A stretch of 64,000 bases of DNA from Chrysomallon squamiferum. Taxonomy: Eukaryota > Animalia > Mollusca. The stretch lies in assembly GCA_012295275.1 (NCBI GenBank), contig CM022679.1, forward strand, positions 29,822,001 through 29,886,000, given 5' to 3'. Made by a program: the position numbers and the translations under genes. The notes under the pieces were generated by a model. The model saw nothing but the letters and a program-made list of their open reading frames with translations, was not told where the DNA came from and ran no database searches. This document shows positions 54,239 through 64,000 of this stretch, piece after piece (within the stretch, counting starts at the first letter, position 1; the number at the start of each line of letters is the position of its first letter).

Positions 54239-55619
54239 CATCTTACGATGTCAGCTTTATCCTGCACAAAGTAGAATTATAATTTGCTCTTTGACCTCAG
54301 CGGGATTAAACCTGATTTCTGAAAACAGTAACCAGTTATTTCTTTTATCATGCAATCCTAAGTAATACAAAATCTGAATGAAATAACTGTTTGATTTCTC
54401 AGCTTACAACTCTCAACAGTAAAACATTACTGATTTTGTTGTTGCCTTCAAAAATTATACATCAAAGCAAAACAGTTCTTAAATAACAACAATCTATTCA
54501 TTTTTTAAATGAGAAAAAAACATTTTCAAAACGGTCATTCAAGGTCTAATCCATAATTAAACCATTAAAGAAGCAAGTTCGAACTATTGCATATATGTAT
54601 TTATGAATGTATGTCTGTCGCATATAAATAACAAGTAATTTAACGAAGTTAAAATAGTTCCATCTCGGAAAATTATGTAAATGAAGATAAAGAAATTATT
54701 CAAATCGTAATATCTTGCCATGATTTATAGTGATCTCAGAGTAAATACCTTCACAATTATCATTTATTTATTACTTAAATTATTAATATTAATTTATATT
54801 ACCGGTATTTTATTTCACTTGTAAACAATTAACTTAATTTTCTACGAAATTCAGTAAATATTAATAAACGAGTTACTTAGCTTTCAATAACTAATGAAAA
54901 AACAAGTCTATATTAAGTTAATGCTTTAATAATAGTTTAAATGAATTTAACATGGAGGCCTTTTTTTAAGTATATGGCAAAGAAATAGAGTTTAGTGTTT
55001 TAAACTTCTACATTCAGTTGTTTTAACGCCTTATTCTTGAAACAGTCTTTACTGCTTTATAAAATTTATCCTTTTGCAAGGAAAGGACGACTTTAAACAT
55101 GTTTTCTAACATTTTTATCATAATTGTTTAGTTTAGTTCCACTTACTACGGTAACTTCCTTCTTCAAACTGTCATTCACTTTACATTCGTAATTTAATAC
55201 TTACCTGTTACGTTAAAAAATTAAATAAACTGCATGCCAGTTGTTAATAACGTAACATTTTGCATAATTCAATCTCCTTATGATAGTTTTGTATGCTGTA
55301 TCGATTCCGCCATTAGTAATGTAAATAATAATTACCATATATATATTATTTTATTTTTCTCTTCTAATCGAATAAACGGATGCTATAATTCCTTGTGTTT
55401 CAAAGATTCTTATCAGAGAAATACTGAGTTATTTCCCAATCCAATCCATCAACATGGATCGACACTATTTGAGCCATTATATGTGATGTTCTTCTAAATA
55501 ATTTAAAATGTTTATTTCCACAACACAATGGTTAAACATTGATCTTAGTGTAGTACGTACAGGCTTCATTTATTAGTATTGGCAAATGTAAATGTATTAG
55601 AAGTTTACAATATATATAC

Positions 55620-55690
<71 letters not shown>

Positions 55691-55847
55691 TTCTTATTAT
55701 TATTATTACACCTGCATACTTCTTCTTCTTCTTCATTTTTTATATATTGTTTAATATGACAGAATATTACTGAAATTACTTATGAAAGTTTATTTTTTCA
55801 TTTCTTCTTTAAATTCTTCTAACCTCAGTGAATACCGAGCAGCATGC

Positions 55848-55941
<94 letters not shown>

Positions 55942-56427
55942 AAGTAGCAACAAATTTACTGGAAACAGGTTGTTTTTTTCCTTGTGCTGTTATATAAACA
56001 AATAATCAGTTTTGTATTTTTATTAATAAAATATAAAAAAGAACATTACATATGATTCTAGCTCTCACAAGACAAAACTTTAATAATAATATATTCTATT
56101 AACTTACAGTAATTACTTTAATTATTATCATTAATTAGCAAAACAGTGTGTTTTCACTTTTCGGTGATCCTAACAAAAATTATTTTACATCGTTTAGAAG
56201 TAACACGTATATTTCTTCTGAAGAAAAGTCTCTCTGATCGTGTTTAAATCTGAAAAATAAAAAATAAAAGATAAAAGGGGAGAGTGAGAAAAAAAGGGGA
56301 GAGACTGAAATATACAATTAGAAAATTTATCTTTTAATTCTTTTGTCTTTATATTATCTTTGATTATGTATATAATAATAAGGATATAATAATAAGGATA
56401 ATAATGATAATCATAATCATAATAGCA

Positions 56428-56458
<31 letters not shown>

Positions 56459-56459
56459 A

Positions 56460-56497
<38 letters not shown>

Positions 56498-56514
56498 TGA
56501 TGATGATGATGATG

Positions 56515-56580
<66 letters not shown>

Positions 56581-56683
56581 GTAATAACAAGGAAGGATGT
56601 ATGACCAAATTGTTTAACTATACAATGTAAACCTCATTAATAGAGGGAGACTTAAAGAGCCAAGTTTTGTACCTGAAAGCTGA

Positions 56684-56758
56684 TTATTTGAACAGTCCAA
56701 AGAAGAGTGAAACCAGTATGAGAGTCACTGACGCAGTCACCATGGTGCCGTCTCATGA

Positions 56759-56802
<44 letters not shown>

Positions 56803-57085
56803 CAACAACAGCAGCAGCAACAACAATAATAATGATAATGATAATAATTAGAAGAAGAAGAAGATTTGCTATAGCTAGATTCCTAAATTAGGGACTCAAT
56901 ATTTGTGATGCGCTGTCAGACAATATTCATTCATTATTATTTACTATCTTTTACTTAGACATCCGTTCATTTCTCTTTACTCTGAAACTGAAAAAGAGCA
57001 AAAAGTCAAACTGTAAATTTACTTCCTGGACATGTAATATTAAACAATAAAAAAAACTCACTCGTACATATACAAACATGCGCGC

Positions 57086-57139
<54 letters not shown>

Positions 57140-57767
57140 TCAGAGACACACATACAAACAAAGCACTACACTAAATAAACACAAGCAGTAAACAATTACA
57201 AACAAAACTAATAATACGATAAACTGTATTTAATTTCCACTTTCAAGAAGTATAAATAATTATTACCACAATAAGCGGACATGTATTCGAAGACATTGGT
57301 TAAACTCTTAGCGTAACTGAGTTCTTTAGAGCAACCCGCGTCTTTGATACATTTGAGGTACTCATCGTATAACCTAGGATTATAAATATGTTATAACATT
57401 TCAATTCAAATGTTTTATAAAATAAAAAAGTATAGCATTTCGTTATAAGAATACAACAGTATTATCTTGAGTTTTAATAGATAAAAAATAAAGTTTTAAA
57501 TTTTCGTTTTAAAAATGGCCTCCACTCACCGACACACTCTGCTGGTATCGCCGGCTGCACGAGAGATACCATCTTTCACTACGTTTACACATTTGTAAAC
57601 TTCGGTTGTGTCACACTGACTATTCTCCACAACGGCGACACCTAGTGAGAGAAAAAACATATTTGATATCTTTGTCTGTCTGACTGTCTGTCTCTCGACT
57701 GATCTATCGATTTATATCTATCAACTTTTCTCTCATCCGTGTTCTCTCTCTTGTCTGATTTACTCTG

Positions 57768-57825
<58 letters not shown>

Positions 57826-57902
57826 AAATCAACATTAACACAATAAATTAATCTGTTACACTTACCAAATAAAAGGACTAACAGCAACATTACAGTCTTC
57901 AT
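56684..57902 (-). CDS. Small secreted 6-Cys protein with GPI-anchor-like C-terminus, copy D
   Basis: Exons 57902-57866, 57641-57530, 57373-57267, 56751-56684: MKTVMLLLVLLFGVAVVENSQCDTTEVYKCVNVVKDGISRAAGDTSRVCRLYDEYLKCIKDAGCSKELSYAKSLTNVFEYMSAYCDGTMVTASVTLILVSLFFGLFK*. Confidence 0.82.
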
Positions 57903-59651
57903 GTTAGCAGCTAAGTGATCACCAACATACAAAAATGAACCCAGTCAGTCAGTCAGAAAAAAAGATAATTTCCAAATCAAAGTGAGCTGTTGCGAAACTC
58001 CGTGACAAAGCCATTGCGTGTCTGTCGCATGAAAATGAGCCGAATACTCAAAGTTTTTAGATTAAAATCTGGTTGCCAAAGGACGAACAAAAGACTAGAT
58101 CTAGTTACTCTCACTCAGATTTAGTTTTTTTTACTTGTAACATAAATAAACCTTTGTAAACATCTTTTCGTAACGCTCTATTTGAAGAGGAAAATAAAGT
58201 TAAAATTCCTTGCCTACGAAATGTTTTCTATTGGCGGGATCTGAAGCTAAATAAGGTTACTAAAGTAGAGGCATCAATATAGAAATTTTATTTTTGAGAT
58301 ACACAGTTTACTCATAACTTTAACGCTCTATTTAAAGAGGAAAATAAAGTAAAAATTCCCTGCATACGAAACGTTTTTAATCAGAGTCAGATTTAGCAGT
58401 GGCGAGATCTGTAGCTAAAGAAGGTTAGAAACGTAGAGGCATCAAATGTGCTCCCATTTTTTTTTTCCTTTTCCTACTTATGTATATGTGTGTATGTTAG
58501 GTATGTATATGTGTGTGAATGTATGTATGTATGCACGTACGTTCGTATCTATGTTTCCATGTGTCTAATTGAACATGTGTCAGTAACATTTAATATATCT
58601 AAAATCTTTAACTGTTTAATCTCCCCTCCGTGCAGATTCTTATTTTGTCTTGGTTCCCCGTGCTACCTTACTCGCATCATTAATCAAAGGTATTTAAATA
58701 TATGTTTTATCGATTGTATACTGTATTATTATCACGTCCACTTTATAATCATTATGAAATAATTAACTTGTACCGTGGTTTGTGTTGTGTTTATTTCTTT
58801 AGTGGATAGATAGACTTACTGATTTACATAGATTGCTCTCTATTTACATTTATATTCCTTGTTAGGTGGCCATTAAAGCACATTTTTACCCTCGGCTGAG
58901 CCTTAATAAAACATCCAAGATGTTTTATGGTGTTGGCCCCGTGATAGTATGCATGTATATATGGATATTTATGTGTTTACATGTGTGTGTGTGTGTGATT
59001 GTGTGTGAGTGTGTGTCTTTAAAATATTTTATTTTGTGTCTGTAGTTGTATTTAACTAGATACCCAGATAAACAGTTTGACAGACAGACGATCTATCTAA
59101 ACACATAAGTAAGTATAAATAAAGACGAGTGAATGATACGTCAGTTTTATTATATTTAACAAATCATCTCTCGTGATTATCTCCTGTTCAGTTTTATTTA
59201 CATAGAAAATCATTTATCAGTTTTTCCTGTTACATACGAACTTCATAACTGTATCATTTAGAAGCAATTGATAATTTAAAGTGTTTCAAGAAAACTATTT
59301 ATTTACATATCATTATAACAGGTTTGGACAAGAACTATGTACAAATCTGTGTTCCACAAGCCTTAGTATTTGGGATTTTGTCAACATATCTTTGCCTGAT
59401 GTACTCGGGTTATGTTCCACATCGCAGTCAATCAAAGTTTTCATCGTTTGTAGAGGAATCTCTGAACCATGTTTCACTTCACTTGTTAGACATATATATA
59501 TATATATACACACACACATATGTAAGATGATGTTCCATTTTTACGTTATCAGCCGTAGACAGATGTTACAGCTGAGGTAGAAATAACATTCTATGAAACA
59601 ACAGACTTGTACAGTTCTTTCTAAATCCGGGTCCGCAGAATTTCTTAAGAT

Positions 59652-59900
59652 TCACATGCAGCAATCGAAAAGAAGAAGTTTTTCTCTTAAAGGCACTGGC
59701 AGATGAATGAGTTGTCGAACTTTATAACCCAGATCAGCGGGGGCGCTGTTACGCAGAAGGTTTAAGACGATCACTCGAGAAGCACTGAACAAAGTGCGAC
59801 GATTTCTGCTCGTGTAATTCCAAAACATTAATTAGTAATTAATATGGACGAATTAAATCATGTAAGGTAACAGATATTTCAGTACATTATCGTTGATGTT
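59652..59900 (-). pseudogene. Internally deleted ASB copy (SOCS box joined to intron sequence)
   Basis: 59652-59819 matches 40676-40843, then continues almost directly into attagtaattaatatgg...aattaaatcatgtaaggtaacagatatttc, which matches ~43154-43203. About 2.3 kb (ankyrin repeats and minisatellite) is missing. Confidence 0.85.
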
Positions 59901-60236
59901 TTTCTTTTTCTTTTTGTTTCCTCTTTTATCTAAACGCTTTTTTTTCTTCTTTTTTTTTTTTTTATCAATATTTAAGTATATTTCCATATAGACAAACACA
60001 ATCTTGGTTAAGAGTTTTGATGATGTCATAATCACACTAACACACTAAGTCATATACATTCATACACATAAACATATATACATGCATACATACATTCGTA
60101 CATACATGCAAATAATAATGAATGAATACTGATATATATATCTGTATACTTACATTCATATATATCATATTAAACATACATAGTTACAGATGGACATACA
60201 GATACACAATACTAAACAGTTATACAGATAAAAGAT

Positions 60237-60519
60237 GTAGTAAACATAAACCTCAATTTAACGGTCCCTCAATTTATTGCATTTCCTATAATCTGGGCAA
60301 AATCTTCAAAATATGCAAATATACTTGATTCGGATCCGTTCGGAAATAACGAAGCGTCCGAAAACGAACAATCAACGTGTGCATTCGTGTTTGATGTTTC
60401 GTTCTTGCTTTGTGTTTTATGTTAGAATTCTCTAGATATATAGGGCATCAGCTTTATTTTTTATTGAATTTTATTTTTTATTACAATGTTTTTTAATATA
60501 TGTTTCTAAAAACTGATAT

Positions 60520-60566
<47 letters not shown>

Positions 60567-60834
60567 ATTTTTTATTTTTATAACTTGTTTTTTGTTTGTT
60601 TTGTTTTGTGCATTGAGAGTGGCGCCAATATAGTATGAGAACTAAAATCGATCAATCGATCCATCAGTATAAGTAAACACTGTGAAAGGTAAAGCACATT
60701 TAATTCTGTAAATTATCCAAGATTGATGATATTAAAGTTTGTTGTATTTCTAACACACTTCGGAATATCCAGATTTTTTATTTTCCTGACAACCTTTCAT
60801 TCCTTTCAGTCCGTTAAATGGAGGATCGACTGTA
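60237..60834. mobile_element. Degenerate Tigger-like MITE
   Basis: Right end ccgttaaatggaggatcgactg-TA; left end contains the matching cctcaatttaacgg at ~60251. Interior non-coding. Confidence 0.45.
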
Positions 60835-60847
60835 ATTTTACTTTTAC

Positions 60848-60962
60848 CTGTTGAACAGTCAGATCCCATCCAGCCTGGCTGACACGATCCAGTGTCACAG
60901 TGACCCGTACGTACGTCACAAGTTGATGACGTCACGGAACAATGTCGGTCATTACACCACTT
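60848..60962 (-). pseudogene. Orphan laminin-type/MEGF10-like EGF exon
   Basis: KWCNDRHCSVTSSTCDVRTGHCDTGSCQPGWMGSDCST followed by a gtaaa donor; in-frame TAG just upstream (NYG*K). Confidence 0.65.
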
Positions 60963-61069
60963 CTAACCATAATTAGTAGTCGCTTATTTAGTTAAAAAAT
61001 GAATAGAGTAACAAGAACAACTTTAAAGTCTATGCTAATGTGTATTGAACAAAATATACATAGAGTAAT

Positions 61070-61162
61070 AAAATCACTTCTGTCTTGTTTTTCAGTGACT
61101 GAGATGATGAAGAAGCCGGTTCTGAATCTTCCTGCATCTGTCCAGTATGGTTCACACTTTGA
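61070..61162 (-). pseudogene. Truncated second copy of the PTP-domain exon
   Basis: tag acceptor then SKCEPYWTDAGRFRTGFFIISVTEKQDRSDF; similarity to 1008-1133 stops there. Confidence 0.7.
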
Positions 61163-62696
61163 CTACATGTACAAACACATCAAGTGGATAAGACACGATA
61201 CTAACATACACACATATACACACACACACACATACATACATAGATACACACATACATACATACACACATACATGCATACATACATACATAGGAGAAACAA
61301 TTAGATGGAAAAATAACTTAGTACTTTAACTTTTTCTGAAACTGTAAGTAATTGCTTGAATTATAATTGCACTTATTAGGTTTAATGTAATTTTAGTAAA
61401 ATAGAACTGAAAATATGTTGCGATGTATATTATTACATATCCTATGCTAGTATGAGCTCGCTCTTTCGTATGTTTAAATTACACTTTGCAGAACAAATAA
61501 TTACTTTGAAGATAAATAAGATTACTGAATATGATTTAAGAAAATCGAGTAAATATTTACAATTAAAACAATTTACATCCAAGAAGCTACTAGGAAAAAG
61601 TTACCCAACTTTCACTATTTAACCAATAATACGTTTTTTCTCTCTTTCCTTGTAAAAAGTGTATGAAATAACAATATGGTGGCTACTTGTATTTGATCTA
61701 TTGCCACACGAGAGATTTTCTCAAAACTTATCTTCAGTTTAGGAACCTTTAAAAAGCATTAAATATATTAAATGTAACCATTTTAAGTTTTAAAGCTATG
61801 AAAGGTTTATATGTATAACTTCACGGATCAAATAGCACGGCCCATTTAGGTCAGTCGTATTCAGCAGTTAGCAGGGTAGATTTACAAGCTCTGTAAAATA
61901 TAGTTTAGAAAAACAGTGCAGTCGACCGAAGTTTGTACAGCTGTGATCTATCAATATTTTGCGGATATTAACTATTTTTCTCGGACTCCTTTATTTGCTG
62001 CAAGAATGACTTTTATGAAGTGTTTTGTTATGATACTTATTGTAACATCTGCAACAAAGGTAAATCCTTCTCAAATGTATGTCTGTCTTCTGATTTCAGT
62101 ATATATCTTATTAGAATGTATGTGCTGTAAACGCATGTACGTTCCAGTGTATTTGGATGTAAATGGGTCTGTACACAGACACACACACATATACACATAC
62201 ACTCGCACTCAGATGTATTTGTTTGTATAGGTTTGGTTGCTTCATGTCACTAATTATGACTTATATAAAAACAGTTAAATGTGGGAGGATGTAAGTAAAG
62301 ATAGTCAGGTGAATAACTGACGTGTGTTATTTTTTTTTAATCTTCTTTTCTTTACAGTCTTTGGTTTTACAATACATTTTTATATGTATTATTACATTAC
62401 TTTTTTCTAGCCAAGAAACAAGAGTGTTAATTTTGAACAAAAGCATTAGTGGATACAATGTGAAATGGAAAATGTTTAGTTACAAACATTAAACAAGGAT
62501 GAGAAAGTTTTCAGAATGTAATCACTTTTGTTTCCTCAGTAGGAAATTAAGGTCAATGCGTCCAGTGAAACTTTTAGTTTATAAAGTTAGTAAAAGTATA
62601 AAAACTAATTTGTAAATTGCAAAAGCTATCAGAGATGAAAGCAGTCAGGGTAAGTTGATGATGAATAATAATGAAAGATTCATGTAACAGATCAAA

Positions 62697-63457
62697 TCAG
62701 TTTTCCACAATTTCGTAGGGTTGCAGTGTAGCATATGGTCTTTCTCTTCGTTCCTGGAGGCTGTCATAAGAATGATCTGGCTCTGTAAGTATGTCTGACT
62801 CAGGCTGAACACTTTGTCTGGACTCCTGATCACTGTTATTCAGGTTAGTTTCATTTGCAACTTCATAAAGATCCAAGTAATCATATGCTGCCTCATTATG
62901 AGTTCCTGTATCAAATGGTAAAATACTCTGATTAGTCATAATATTAAAATCAAAGAAATATAAAACTTTTGTGTCAGTATCAAAATTAGTGTATGTTAAC
63001 ACACTGTCACTACAGATTTGGTACATAGTCACTGCATGCATAGTAAAACTATAACAAATAAGTCATAAATAATTATTAAGGTAGATTTTGAAATTACGTT
63101 TTGGGGATCAAATAATTAGTTATGCTTTCAAAATAATTAACTATTACCTAAAGTAATACAGACTTACAACACAAGCGACAGACACAAACAAAATTTTAAT
63201 ATTCATAGAATGAATGACATTGTACATACCACTGCTAACCTCCTCTCTCCTCCTGTTATCTAGATGTCTACAACAGAGATGAATAAGTAAATAAGTTAAT
63301 TAATTAATCAAAAACAGTATATAAAATTAATTAATTAAAAACAATAAATAAAATTAATTAATAAAATGATAAATTTAATCATTTCACACTTTACTGTGAA
63401 TTTAAAAGCAAAATACAACAAGTTACACTTACGTATATGTTTCATCCTGCTTTTTAT
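62697..63457 (-). CDS. Inverted second copy of the ITAM-tail exons (3' end of a paralogous receptor extending past the window, or a duplicated fragment)
   Basis: Exons 63457-63433, 63267-63230, 62905-62697 with intact splice sites; last exon [16 protein letters not shown]...[26 protein letters not shown]. 62410-64000 is the reverse complement of ~31143-32710. Confidence 0.72.
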
Positions 63458-64000
63458 CTGAAAAACAAAATTAAACATTTTGCATTATAAAGCAGCTGGC
63501 CAACTGTATTCAGATGTAAATATTTATAAAATAACCTGCATAAAATTACCAGTATAAATGTACCACTGAGTTGTAATACCATGCTAAACTACTGTATATT
63601 AGTCAGTGACTTGGACACATTCTCAGTAATATTCTCTTCAGCATCACTGTCACATGACCTGAGAGTGCTTAGTGGATGACTGAAATAAGTTCAAGAATCA
63701 AAATTTAAAATTACCACTTACTATTTATTACTGTTTAAAATTATTATGCAGTGATGATAAAAATAAAAATAAGTCTGCAGTCTTTGACAACACTGCTTCT
63801 CAGACATTTTTAAACTGTTTTTCATATAGTCTCTGATCCATGGATACATGTTTTGTGGATTCTCATGAACAGAAAGTTCTGACGGTGGAAGGAAAAATGT
63901 TAATCTGATGACTTTAAGTTATCATTAATAATAGCTAATTAAAAAAAAGAAGAAGAAGAAAGAAACAACAGAGACACAAAATCTCAGAAATGAATAAAAC

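Overview
AT-rich, intron-dense animal genomic DNA, probably a mollusc or other lophotrochozoan (inferred from gene content and microsatellite density), with one 200-N gap at 17954-18153. Left half (+ strand, 3861-32421): a 44-exon, ~2270-codon type-I membrane receptor with an Uninflatable/SVEP1-like ectodomain (C-type lectin, LDLa, 3 CUB, sushi, 2 EGF, LamG/pentraxin, HYR, sushi, a furin-site linker, 16 Eph-receptor-like Cys repeats, EGF), a TM helix, and a short tyrosine-rich tail carrying a canonical ITAM. A near-identical copy of the tail exons lies inverted at the right edge. Right half (33-64 kb): a mosaic of direct and inverted local duplications containing (i) four copies of a 4-exon gene absent from the ORF track, encoding small secreted, probably GPI-anchored 6-Cys proteins with RGM-N/neuritin-like Cys spacing, whose mature domain is hypervariable while signal peptide, anchor and much intron sequence are nearly unchanged; (ii) an ankyrin+SOCS-box (ASB-type) gene whose ATG is split by an intron filled with tandem copies of its own splice acceptor, plus two truncated copies; (iii) orphan tyrosine-phosphatase and EGF exons, minisatellites, a near-perfect palindrome and Tigger-like transposon ends. 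All gene models were read by hand from splice signals and reading phase; no database search was run.
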